IMG/VR virus record: IMGVR_UViG_3300036852_000461
Coordinates: 1-55,787 of that record
Strand: one strand, 5' to 3'
From: a virus
Lineage: Duplodnaviria > Caudoviricetes
DNA length: 55,787 bases
Part shown: piece after piece, positions 25,417-34,194 of the stretch
Numbering within the stretch: position 1 is the stretch's first letter
How the letters are laid out: every line of letters begins with the position of its first letter
Notes under the pieces: model-generated
Told to the model about the DNA's origin: nothing
Database searches by the model: none
What the model saw: the letters and a program-made list of their open reading frames with translations, nothing else
Position numbers and translations under genes: made by a program

Positions 25417-25910
25417 TGACCGCGCGCAGGGTGGTCGAGAGGGAAGGCTTCGAACGACTGTGGTTTGGTTCCCTGCCCACGACGGTTCAGCACTCTGGTC
25501 TGAGCCCAGCGCCGCAGTTGCTCTTCGTAGATGACGTCATCGATTGCAAGTTTTCCCCCCTTCGATTGACGAGGAAAGCTCACAACTATTTCGGCGAGTT
25601 CTCGCTTGAGCACGAGGTATGGGATAAGAGGCTCAAGCAGCCGCCGAGCTTGATCTCCGACCACTTGCCATCGGTGCACCAGCGACCACTCAGGCTTTCC
25701 TGCACTCTTGGCGCGGTAAGTAATACCGAGGCCGGTCACGTCGCGGAGGAACCCGATCAGACCCGCGTGGCTGTTCGTGACCATCACGAGTCCACGCATG
25801 CCCCACTCGCGGCCCTGGCCCTTTGTTCCTCGACCCTTCGTGCGCTGAATCGTGATGACGCCTTCACCATCAATCATCGCTGCTACGTAAGCGCAAGTGA
25901 CGGGCTTCAT
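25413..25910 (-). CDS. Free-standing LAGLIDADG homing endonuclease (antisense)
   Basis: AYVAAMIDGEG.I.I..., LL..L.PYLVLK...A; TACGTT 6 nt upstream of the ATG suggests a leaderless start. Confidence 0.88.
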   Translation of the reverse strand: MKPVTCAYVAAMIDGEGVITIQRTKGRGTKGQGREWGMRGLVMVTNSHAGLIGFLRDVTGLGITYRAKSAGKPEWSLVHRWQVVGDQARRLLEPLIPYLVLKRELAEIVVSFPRQSKGGKLAIDDVIYEEQLRRWAQTRVLNRRGQGTKPQSFEAFPLDHPARGH

Positions 25911-25981
25911 TGCAACAACGTACTGCTTGCCAGAGACACGCTTATCGTGTCGTTCTGGATGCTGATGCACGGAGCCATGCC

Positions 25982-26167
25982 GTGAGCCCGCAACCGATGG
26001 TCGTCAAGGTCGGGACGCGTGTGGTCGGCTCGCAGTGGATGAAGCCGTCGCTGCTCGTGCTCCGCCTGGGCGCGTGGATGCTCTCGCGCGTGAACGTCGA
26101 GATCACCTGCGACGGCAAGGTCGTGCGTATAGCGCGTCCGCACGTGGCGGTCGAGCTCAAGCTTTAA
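25982..26167 (+). CDS. Hypothetical protein
   Basis: SD GGAG, GTG start, GC3-biased. Confidence 0.55.
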   Translation: MSPQPMVVKVGTRVVGSQWMKPSLLVLRLGAWMLSRVNVEITCDGKVVRIARPHVAVELKL

Positions 26168-26192
26168 GCTTTAGAAAGCGAGGAGGGTGAAC

Positions 26193-28772
26193 ATGGGCGG
26201 CACGAAGACGGCGGTCAAGGACGGGGACTACACCGCGCTCGAGGGCTTCGAGCGCAAGGTCGTATCGGTGACCGGCGTCAAGGTCCTGGACGACGCCAAG
26301 GGCATCGTCCAGGCCTACGTCGCGGGCATCGGCAACGTGGACGCGGGTGACGACATCATCGAGCCCGGCTTCTTCGAGTCCTCGCTCAACAAGCACCTGA
26401 AGAAGAACCCCAAGGGCGTCTATGCCCACATCTGGGAGCGGCCGGTCTCGAAGATGCTGGAGACGCGCACCGTTGCGGCCGGCTCGCCCGAGCTCCCGGA
26501 CCGGATCAAGGCGGCGGGCGCCGGCGGCCAGTACGTGAAGATGCAGTACATCCTCACCACCCAGGGCGGACGCGACGCGTTCGAAGAGGTCAAGTTCTTC
26601 GGCGATGAGCAGGAGTGGTGCGTCGACGAGGACACCGAAATCCTCACGACGCGCGGGTGGTTGCGATACGATGAGCTGACGACCGAGGACGAGGCGTACG
26701 TCCTGGACCCGCAGACCTTGACCGGTCGGTTCGAACCGGTTCAGGCCGTCAACGTATGGCCACGGAAGCGCCGGACCATGCGTCTGATCGAGACGGGTGG
26801 GCACTCATCGTTGACCACGCTCAATCACCGCTGGCTCGCTTGGCGGCGGGAGAAGAATCGCTACGCCGTCGCGTGGCGCACTACCGAGCAGTTGAACGCT
26901 GCGGCGGGTATCTTCCGCACGGCCCCGCGAGCCGATGTCGTGGACACGCCGAAGTGGTCGGATGCGTTCGTGGAGATCGTCGCGTGGTTCTTCACCGAGG
27001 GATGGCTGTCACGGGGCGCCGTCTACATTGGCCAATCGGAGAGGAAGAACCCGGCTCACGTGGCGGCGATCCGCGCGGCACTGACGTCTGAGTTCCCCGG
27101 CGGGTTCACCGAGCACGCTCGCAAGGACGATATGTCGCGGTTCTACCTGCGTGCCGATGCGTCCGAAGCGATCCGTGCTGTCACATCAAAGAACAAGGCC
27201 CCGAGCGCGGCGTTCCTGTGTTCGCTCACCCAAGCCCAACTCGTGCTCTTCATTGCTCGATGCATCGATGGCGACGGTCACCGTGGACACGGAGGTGTGT
27301 GCTTCTACCAGTCCGACGAGAACGCCTCAAAGATGTTCGAGATGGCCTGCGCCCTCGCTGGCGCGCCGACGAACAGCTACCCCGGCAAGGACTACGGCAA
27401 TCGGTTCGGTCGGGCACCATTCGTGACGCGATTGCTGAAATCCTCGGTCGCCAAGCCGCTGGACGCGATCCGGGTGAAGACGTACAACGACAAGCCGCGC
27501 CGGACGCCCGCGACGGACGAGCTTGTGGAGCACGTCGGCATTGTCTGGTGCCCGACTACGCCGTCAGGTACATGGCTCGCACGACGTCGCGGAACCGTCT
27601 ACTTCACGGGCAACTCTGTCGGGTACGTGCCCATCGGCGCCTACCGCGACAAAGAAGGCAAGCGTCACCTGCCCGAGAGCGAGTGGTACGAGTGGTCGCA
27701 GGTACTGTTCGGGATGAACCCGATCACCGCGACCATCGGCGTCAAGGCCCTGGCCGAGCAGGCCAACCTCTCGTTCGAAGCGGCTCTGGAGCGCCTGCGC
27801 AAGATGGCCGCCGACGAGACCAACGGCGAGAAGGTCCGCGCGATGATCGCCGAGCTCGGCTCGGTCGACTCCAAGGCGGCCATCGCCCGGCACAAGACGG
27901 CGACCTCCGATGACGCGTGGGACGGTCCGGCCAACGAGGCGCGCCTGTCCAACGACGCCGGGGCCGCCACCTTCCGCAAGGCGTTCGCCTGGGTTGATTC
28001 GGACAAGGATGCCGACACCAAGGCGGCGTATCGATTCGTCCATCATGAAGTCGACTCCGATGGCAAGGTGGGAGCGGCCAACGTGAAGGCGTGTACGACG
28101 GGCGTCGGCGTGCTGAACGGTGGCCGCGGCGGTACGACCATCCCCGACGACGACGTCGAGGGCGTCTACCGCCATCTGGCCGGCCACATCACCGACTCGG
28201 GCGCAGAGCCTCCGGAGCTGAAGACCTCGGGCGACGGCGAAACGAAGACGAACGAGACGGAGACCAAGCAACTCGCCGGCTCCATTGAGGAGCGCCTCGT
28301 GGCGATCTCCGATGCGATCGACGCGTGGGTGAACGACACCTACCCGGCCGAGGCAGAGACGAACGAGCGCTCGGTCTACGGGTGGTCGGTCGCCACGTGG
28401 GACGCTCACGTCGTGGCGTGCGTCGTCGACTACGGAGCCGAGACGGCCGCCGAGCGCCGCCGGTTCTTCGACTTCCCCTATGTCGTTCAGACCGACGGGA
28501 CGGTCGTCCTCGGTGCGCCGACTGAGGTGCAGCTCGAAACCGTCGTGACACCGAAGTCGTTGGTGGCCGCGCTCGAATGCAAGGAAGGCCGGCGCCATTC
28601 GGCCAAGGACACCGAGGCGCTACAGAGCATCCACGACGCCGCGGTGGTGCTCGGTGCTGCATGCGGTGCCGAGGACGAGAAGGTCGTCACGGCCGATGAG
28701 TTGACCGGCAAGTCGTTCATCCCGGTGAGCGCGTTCATGGAGCTGGAGTTGGCCCGCGCGCGCTTGCAGTGA
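26193..28772 (+). CDS. HK97-family prohead protease with intein and long C-terminal extension
   Basis: GNVD..DDII.PG.F, H at YAHIW, EW|S.GY, EWSQVLFGMNP; SD AGGAGG. Confidence 0.9.
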   Translation: MGGTKTAVKDGDYTALEGFERKVVSVTGVKVLDDAKGIVQAYVAGIGNVDAGDDIIEPGFFESSLNKHLKKNPKGVYAHIWERPVSKMLETRTVAAGSPELPDRIKAAGAGGQYVKMQYILTTQGGRDAFEEVKFFGDEQEWCVDEDTEILTTRGWLRYDELTTEDEAYVLDPQTLTGRFEPVQAVNVWPRKRRTMRLIETGGHSSLTTLNHRWLAWRREKNRYAVAWRTTEQLNAAAGIFRTAPRADVVDTPKWSDAFVEIVAWFFTEGWLSRGAVYIGQSERKNPAHVAAIRAALTSEFPGGFTEHARKDDMSRFYLRADASEAIRAVTSKNKAPSAAFLCSLTQAQLVLFIARCIDGDGHRGHGGVCFYQSDENASKMFEMACALAGAPTNSYPGKDYGNRFGRAPFVTRLLKSSVAKPLDAIRVKTYNDKPRRTPATDELVEHVGIVWCPTTPSGTWLARRRGTVYFTGNSVGYVPIGAYRDKEGKRHLPESEWYEWSQVLFGMNPITATIGVKALAEQANLSFEAALERLRKMAADETNGEKVRAMIAELGSVDSKAAIARHKTATSDDAWDGPANEARLSNDAGAATFRKAFAWVDSDKDADTKAAYRFVHHEVDSDGKVGAANVKACTTGVGVLNGGRGGTTIPDDDVEGVYRHLAGHITDSGAEPPELKTSGDGETKTNETETKQLAGSIEERLVAISDAIDAWVNDTYPAEAETNERSVYGWSVATWDAHVVACVVDYGAETAAERRRFFDFPYVVQTDGTVVLGAPTEVQLETVVTPKSLVAALECKEGRRHSAKDTEALQSIHDAAVVLGAACGAEDEKVVTADELTGKSFIPVSAFMELELARARLQ
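26619..27614 (+). mobile_element. Intein (332 aa) with LAGLIDADG endonuclease
   Basis: Begins CVDEDTEILTTRGW; block B TTLNHRW; AWFFTEG and CIDGDG motifs; ends VWCPTT...FTGN followed by Ser. Confidence 0.93.
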
Positions 28773-28784
28773 GCGGGCGAACCG

Positions 28785-28813
28785 TTGACCGTTCCAGCCA
28801 GCGCTGTTAGCGT
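28785..28813 (+). promoter_or_regulatory. Promoter upstream of capsid
   Basis: TTGACC-17-TAGCGT with TG extension. Confidence 0.7.
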
Positions 28814-28836
28814 CGGCACGTAACGCACGAGCCCGC

Positions 28837-28895
28837 CCGCGGGTGCTGACCCGTGGAGGCGACGTGATCCACGTCGTTTCCTCAGGAGGTCAGCA
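28837..28895 (+). ncRNA. Structured leader motif, copy 1 (capsid)
   Basis: CCGCGGG-TGCTGA-CCCGTGG-AGGCGACG, second hairpin, then AGGAGGTCAGCA. Confidence 0.7.
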
Positions 28896-28898
28896 ACG

Positions 28899-30398
28899 AT
28901 GCGCATCCTCTCCAAGCTCTGGGAGCTGTGGCTGTGGCTCCGACTCCTCACCGGCGCGGCCGTCGCTCCCCCGGCTGGCGGTCTCGCCGCAAGCTTCCGT
29001 CCGATCGGCGGCGGTGAATCCGATGCCGCGATCAAGGAACGCCTCAAGGAACTGAAGGTCGCCGCCAAGACGGCCCTGGACGCAGCCACCGAGGCGGGAC
29101 TCAACGCATCGGCGAAAACGATCGAGGTCGAAGCTCCCGACGGTTCAAAGGTCGCGGCCATGGTCGTCGAGCCCGAGCACAAGGCGGCCTACGACACTGC
29201 GATGGGGCAGTTCAACGAGCTGCAGCCGGAGATCGAGAAGCTCGAGGCACTGCTGAAGGGCCACGAGTGGGGCAACCAGCCCGGCGCGCCGTCGGTCGCG
29301 CTGGACGCAGCCGCCATCGCGGAGATCATGAAGAACGCCGGCGGGCATTCGCGCGAACGCAAGACGCTCGGGCGGATGTTCGTCGAGTCCGAGGAGTACC
29401 AGGCGGCCAAGGCCGCCAACGTTCCGCACATGCAGAAGGCGTTCGAGTTCAAGGGGACGCTTCCCGATCCAATCCTGCGCAAGGACGTGTACTCGACGCT
29501 TCCCGGCGGAGATGCGCCGTGGCAGAGCTTCGGCTCGATCCAGACGGACCCGTTCGTCGAGTCGCCGCACCGCACCCAGCGCATCCGCGATCTGTTCGGC
29601 GTGCGCAATACCAGCTCGCCGCTCCTGCGGTACTTCCGGGTGCTCGGCTACCTGGCCGAGGGCGGGGCGACCAATGCCGCCTCGACGGTCGGCCAGCGCA
29701 ACGAGGCCAACGACGGCTTCCAGAGCAAGCCGCACACCAGCCTCAAGTTCGAGCCCAAGATCGCCAACGCGGCGCGCATCGCGCACTACGAGCTTGCGCA
29801 CCGCGACGCCCTGACCGACGAGCCGCAGCTGCGCGGCATCATCGACTCCGAGCTGCTGTACGGGCTGCAGATCGTCGAGGATGCGCAGATCCTGTACGGC
29901 ACGGGGACGGGCGACGACCTCGAGGGCATCCTCACCGTCGGCGGCGTGCAGGGCTTCGTGCTCGGCACCGACGGTCCGGCACCGTCGACCGACAACATCG
30001 CCGATGCCCTGCGGCGTTCGATGACGCTGGTGACGCTCGCGGAGTTCGAAGCCACGGGCGTCGTGATGCATCCGAGCGACCTCGAGAACCTCGAGCTGTT
30101 GCGCTCGGATGGTGATGAGCGGTTCTACCTGTTCGCCGCCACTATCCAGGCCGGAGGCGAGCCGCGCGTGTGGCGCGTGCCCGTCGTGCAGTCCCAGGCC
30201 ATCGTGGCCGGGACGGCCCTGGTCGGTGCGTTCGGGCTCGGGGCGCAACTGTACGACCTCGAGCAAGCGAACATCCGCATCTCCGACCAGCACGACAAGC
30301 TGTTCGTGGAAAACGGGATCGCCATCCTGGCTGAGGAAAGGCTGCTTGTAGCCACCAAGCGTCCGGAGGCCTTCGTCCTTTGCAGCAACCTCGCGTAG
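28899..30398 (+). CDS. Major capsid protein (HK97 fold) with N-terminal scaffold/delta domain
   Basis: KTLG..FVES, RIRDLF, KP...L.F, IAH, D.PQL..II...L.YGL...ED.QIL.G.G, F..N..AILAEER.....RPEAF. Confidence 0.95.
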   Translation: MRILSKLWELWLWLRLLTGAAVAPPAGGLAASFRPIGGGESDAAIKERLKELKVAAKTALDAATEAGLNASAKTIEVEAPDGSKVAAMVVEPEHKAAYDTAMGQFNELQPEIEKLEALLKGHEWGNQPGAPSVALDAAAIAEIMKNAGGHSRERKTLGRMFVESEEYQAAKAANVPHMQKAFEFKGTLPDPILRKDVYSTLPGGDAPWQSFGSIQTDPFVESPHRTQRIRDLFGVRNTSSPLLRYFRVLGYLAEGGATNAASTVGQRNEANDGFQSKPHTSLKFEPKIANAARIAHYELAHRDALTDEPQLRGIIDSELLYGLQIVEDAQILYGTGTGDDLEGILTVGGVQGFVLGTDGPAPSTDNIADALRRSMTLVTLAEFEATGVVMHPSDLENLELLRSDGDERFYLFAATIQAGGEPRVWRVPVVQSQAIVAGTALVGAFGLGAQLYDLEQANIRISDQHDKLFVENGIAILAEERLLVATKRPEAFVLCSNLA

Positions 30399-30468
30399 TT
30401 ACCTTGCGCGAGTAGCACTGCACCGTTCTACGAGATACACTGGCCCCCTCCAAGTGAGGGGGTCAGTC

Positions 30469-31158
30469 GTGTCCAGGGATAGATCGATGGTTGAGCGAGT
30501 CACCGTTACCTGCGTGAGATGCGGCAAATCGGTGCAACGGTATGCGAGCGACGTCGCTCGTCGGAAGACCCCGCGATCGTTCTGCTCGCATGAGTGCAGG
30601 AACTTGTTGGGCGCCAAACCGCGCCGAGGTGCTGAGGTGACGTGCGCGCTGCCGGGGTGCTCCAACACGTTCTACGTTGGACCGAGCAAGAAGCGGAAGT
30701 TCTGTTCAACGAGGTGCCTCAACGACTCGAACAAACGACCCCGGGACGATCGAACATGCGAGCACTGCGGCAAGGGCTTCGCAATCCTCAAATCGCAGCT
30801 CCGTTGGAACGCCGGGCGGTTCTGCTCATCGAAATGTTCAAGCGCATTCCGCTATGCAGCCACCATCGGGGTGCGTAAGAAGCGCTCCGATGGTTATGTG
30901 GACGTGCGCCAGCCCGACCATCCAGACGCGCAGGCGACGGGTTGGATCTCCGAGCATCGGCTGGTCATGGAGAAGAAGGTCGGGCGACGACTGCTCCCCG
31001 ACGAGACAGTCCATCACATAAACGGTGCGCGTGACGACAACCGGCCCGCGAACCTTGAGCTTTGGGTGAGCAGACATCCTCCCGGTCAGCGTGTCAAAGA
31101 CATCGTCGCCTGGTCGGTCGAGATGCTTTCCCGCTACGCCCCCGAACGCCTAGCCTGA
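30469..31158 (+). CDS. HNH endonuclease with N-terminal Cys-rich (CxxC..FCSxxC) repeats
   Basis: Three CxxC..FCS..C repeats; EHRLVME...GR.L...E.VHHING.RDDNRP.NLELW. Confidence 0.9.
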   Translation: MSRDRSMVERVTVTCVRCGKSVQRYASDVARRKTPRSFCSHECRNLLGAKPRRGAEVTCALPGCSNTFYVGPSKKRKFCSTRCLNDSNKRPRDDRTCEHCGKGFAILKSQLRWNAGRFCSSKCSSAFRYAATIGVRKKRSDGYVDVRQPDHPDAQATGWISEHRLVMEKKVGRRLLPDETVHHINGARDDNRPANLELWVSRHPPGQRVKDIVAWSVEMLSRYAPERLA

Positions 31159-31175
31159 CTCCGCGCACCTCACGC

Positions 31176-31222
31176 GCGACGAGCCCCCGACGGACCTCTT
31201 CATCCCGCCGGGGGCTCGTCGC
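31176..31222 (+). terminator. Intrinsic terminator-like hairpin
   Basis: 14-bp perfect stem GCGACGAGCCCCCG/CGGGGGCTCGTCGC followed by AGCTTCTT. Confidence 0.7.
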
Positions 31223-31265
31223 AGCTTCTTAACGTCTCGTCGCAGCGCGCTGCTATCCTCGCGGC

Positions 31266-31568
31266 GTGAGTGAAGCGCACGAGCGGCCGCGGCCCCTGCT
31301 GTTCTCGGGCTGGAAGGATGACCCGCGCAAGCCGGGGCCACCGATGGTCACCTTGACCGAGGACGTCTGGGAGATGGTTCGTCACATCAACGCCCCACGA
31401 CAGCACAGACGCCTGGTTGGGAGAGCGGGCTCGAAGATCCCGATGAGCGAAGCCGTCCGCCTCGGTTTGGTCGAACCGCAGGCCGAGCAGGCCGCGATAG
31501 AGACACAGGACATCAAGAACATTGAAACCCAAGATGTTCGCCCTCCCCGAAGGGGGCGACGCCGATGA
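31266..31568 (+). CDS. Small capsid-associated hypothetical protein
   Basis: LV..AG..IP..EA.RLGLV motif, IETQD twice; TGcTATCCT just upstream of the GTG. Confidence 0.65.
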   Translation: MSEAHERPRPLLFSGWKDDPRKPGPPMVTLTEDVWEMVRHINAPRQHRRLVGRAGSKIPMSEAVRLGLVEPQAEQAAIETQDIKNIETQDVRPPRRGRRR

Positions 31569-32071
31569 GCAGGATACGTTCGGTGTCCGCCTATCCAGAT
31601 TTTATGCAGCGGGCAATCGCTCAGCTCGCTAGTAAATCGATCGTGGTCGGAGACTGTCGATTCTGGACCGGCGCACTGAATGAACACGGTTATGGGGTTA
31701 TGTCTGGGCCAGGGGGACGAGATCGAGCGCGCCCTCTCTTGGTTCATCGAGTTGCCTACGAGATTGCGCACGGCGGAATCGATGAGGAACAGATGGTCCT
31801 GCATTCGTGCGACCAGCGGCAGTGCTTTGAGGTATCACACCTGAGACAAGGGGTAGCGGCAGACAACACCCACGACATGGTCGTACGCGGCCGAGGCCGC
31901 GGCATGAATTCCGGCAAGACTCATTGCAAACGTGGACACCTGCTAGCGCTCGACAACGTTCACATCGATAAGAACGGTCGTCGCCATTGCCGCGAGTGCG
32001 GACGAATTCGTGATCACGTGCGTGTTCGTGAAAGCGGATGGGCGCGTCAGCGCGCTCGTCAGGGATCATGA
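31565..32071 (+). CDS. HNH endonuclease
   Basis: C.FWTG...GYG..VHRVAY..VLHSCD...C....HL; KTHCKRGH..CREC. Confidence 0.85.
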   Translation: MSRIRSVSAYPDFMQRAIAQLASKSIVVGDCRFWTGALNEHGYGVMSGPGGRDRARPLLVHRVAYEIAHGGIDEEQMVLHSCDQRQCFEVSHLRQGVAADNTHDMVVRGRGRGMNSGKTHCKRGHLLALDNVHIDKNGRRHCRECGRIRDHVRVRESGWARQRARQGS

Positions 32072-32111
32072 AGGGTGCTGTCCCGCATCGAGTCGGTCTC
32101 GGAGGGAACGG

Positions 32112-32693
32112 ATGAGCGTGACGGTCGTCACACCCTCCATCCCGTCGCGGCGCGAGATGCTGCTTGAGGCCATGGCCTCGGTCGACGAGCAGACGCTTGC
32201 GCCCGCAGCTCACATCGTCGTGATCGATCACGCCGGGATTGGCGGCGAAACGACCCGCAATCAGGGTCTGGACGCGGTGCGCACGGAATGGGTCGCCTTC
32301 CTCGATGATGACGACAGGTTCCTGCCGCAGCATCTCGAACGTCTGGTCGCTCATCAGCAGGCCACCGGAGCCGACCTCGTCTACCCCTGGTTCGAGATGG
32401 ACGGGATCACAGACGAGCTAGGCTGGTTCGGCTGGTTCGGCAAGGAGTTCGACGGCGACGTCCTGCGCACGTCCAACTACATCCCGAGCACGACCCTGGT
32501 CCGGACCAGCCTCGCGCGCGAGGTCGACGGCTTTCCGACGCTCGAATCGAAGGCGTGGCCGTTCGACCACTCGGCCGACTGGGGCTTCCTGCTCCGCCTG
32601 CTCGATGCCGGTGCGATCTTCTCCCACCTACCCGAGAAGACTTGGATCTGGCGGCGCTGGCGCGGCAACCTCGGCGGAAGGAACTGGCGGTGA
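32112..32693 (+). CDS. Glycosyltransferase family 2
   Basis: VTVVTP..R..L.EA..SV..QT, RN.GL, WVAFLDDDD, DW.FLLR. Confidence 0.9.
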   Translation: MSVTVVTPSIPSRREMLLEAMASVDEQTLAPAAHIVVIDHAGIGGETTRNQGLDAVRTEWVAFLDDDDRFLPQHLERLVAHQQATGADLVYPWFEMDGITDELGWFGWFGKEFDGDVLRTSNYIPSTTLVRTSLAREVDGFPTLESKAWPFDHSADWGFLLRLLDAGAIFSHLPEKTWIWRRWRGNLGGRNWR

Positions 32694-33499
32694 CGGTTCT
32701 CGTCGCCACAACAATCGCCGGCTGGTGCTGCGATGGCATGAAGGAGTTGTCGTGGCTTCGGTCGGCCGAGTTGATGCGCGAGCACTCGCCGGTCGACCTG
32801 GAGTTCTTCTGCGCCATTCAGCACGACGATGCCCATCCCGGCATCCCCTCGGAGTGTGCATCCCTCGTTGGGCGACTCAGCGATGTGGTTCCGAGCGTCG
32901 TGGATCGTGAGCGCCTGTCATGGTGGCTGTTTTCGATCGACTCCGAGGCGTGGAGGCCGACGACTCGCGACCGTCTCATCGGCATCACCACCGGTCGCAA
33001 TCTCATCCGTGAGTACGCGCTGCGCGACACCGACGCCACGCACGTCCTGTTCCTCGATGCCGATGTCGAACCCGACCCGATGTGCATCCCGAAGCTGCTC
33101 GAACTCGAGCATCCCGTCGTCGGTGGTGACGTGCCGTCGTATTGCTTGGCAGGTCCACGTGTGCTCTGTCGCAACGGCCACACACGCCAGAAGTTGCCGC
33201 GAGGGAAGGCAGCGTACGTCGATGGGGAGGAGACCGAGTACTGCTCATATGTTCGGAGCTACGGGGTCGTGTGTGATCCCCTCGCCGTTCACGTCCAGGA
33301 ACACTGGAACACCGCAGGTTTCCTCCTCGTCCGACGCGATGTCCTCCGTCAGGTCGCATGGCGATGGGACCCCGACGAGACGATCACCGACGACCCGTGC
33401 TTCGCGCAGGACGTCGAGCGCGCAGGGTTCGGCAAGACGTGGGTGCGCAAGGATTGCATCGGCAAACACGCGCGGCTCATCCCCGTCGAAGCGCGATGA
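32690..33499 (+). CDS. GT-A fold glycosyltransferase
   Basis: GRN.IRE.A....THVLFLDAD, AGFLLVRRDV, DDPCF. Confidence 0.8.
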   Translation: MTVLVATTIAGWCCDGMKELSWLRSAELMREHSPVDLEFFCAIQHDDAHPGIPSECASLVGRLSDVVPSVVDRERLSWWLFSIDSEAWRPTTRDRLIGITTGRNLIREYALRDTDATHVLFLDADVEPDPMCIPKLLELEHPVVGGDVPSYCLAGPRVLCRNGHTRQKLPRGKAAYVDGEETEYCSYVRSYGVVCDPLAVHVQEHWNTAGFLLVRRDVLRQVAWRWDPDETITDDPCFAQDVERAGFGKTWVRKDCIGKHARLIPVEAR

Positions 33500-34194
33500 T
33501 CTACGCGGTCATTCCCGTCAAGGATGAAGCCGCACTCGCGTGCAACGTGGTCGCGCTCGCCATCCGTGAACGTGATGTCTACGTGCGGGTCTGTGACAAC
33601 GACTCGACCGAATCCACCCGCAGCGCTCTGAAAGAGTTCGGCAGCGAGCGGTGCGAGGTCATCGACGCGGCAGGCAAGGGTCTGTACCAGATGTGGGACG
33701 AAGCATGGTCGGCTGCCCACCAGCAGAGCGCCGGCGAGCCATACGAGATCGCCTTCCTCAATTCGGACATCGACTTCCTGCCCTGCACGCTGGCCGCGAT
33801 GCGCTACCTGCTCCGGCGCGAGGGCTTCGATGCGGTCTGTCCCAACTACCAGCGGCGCGTCAGCGAAGGCACCGGCGTCTTTCCCGAGCACACCGTGGCT
33901 GTCGGCGTCCACACGGTGCATGGTTCCTACCGTCACGGGGGTCTCGCTGGCTGGTGCTTCATGGTGCGCGGCGAACTGCGCGATCGAGGAATCAAGGTCG
34001 ATACGTCCTTCCGCTGGTGGGCGGGCGACGATGATCTCTTCTTCCAGATCGAGGAGGCAGGCGGGAAGCTCGGCATCATCGAGGCGCTTCCGCTCGACCA
34101 CATCGGCGAAGCGACAGCGCGGCATTACCCCTGGACCGAAACTGCGAAGGCTCGCGACATGGCGCGCCTGCGTACCAAGTGGGGCACGCGGTGA
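33496..34194 (+). CDS. Glycosyltransferase family 2
   Basis: AVIPVK, VCDNDS, IAFLNSD, GWCFM, F.WW.GDDDL, H.G. Confidence 0.85.
   Translation: MIYAVIPVKDEAALACNVVALAIRERDVYVRVCDNDSTESTRSALKEFGSERCEVIDAAGKGLYQMWDEAWSAAHQQSAGEPYEIAFLNSDIDFLPCTLAAMRYLLRREGFDAVCPNYQRRVSEGTGVFPEHTVAVGVHTVHGSYRHGGLAGWCFMVRGELRDRGIKVDTSFRWWAGDDDLFFQIEEAGGKLGIIEALPLDHIGEATARHYPWTETAKARDMARLRTKWGTR

Noticed and set aside
28837-28895. Leader motif as a TPP riboswitch or hammerhead ribozyme
   Set aside because: It has GCTGACC rather than CUGAGA (TPP) or CUGAnGA plus GAAA (hammerhead).
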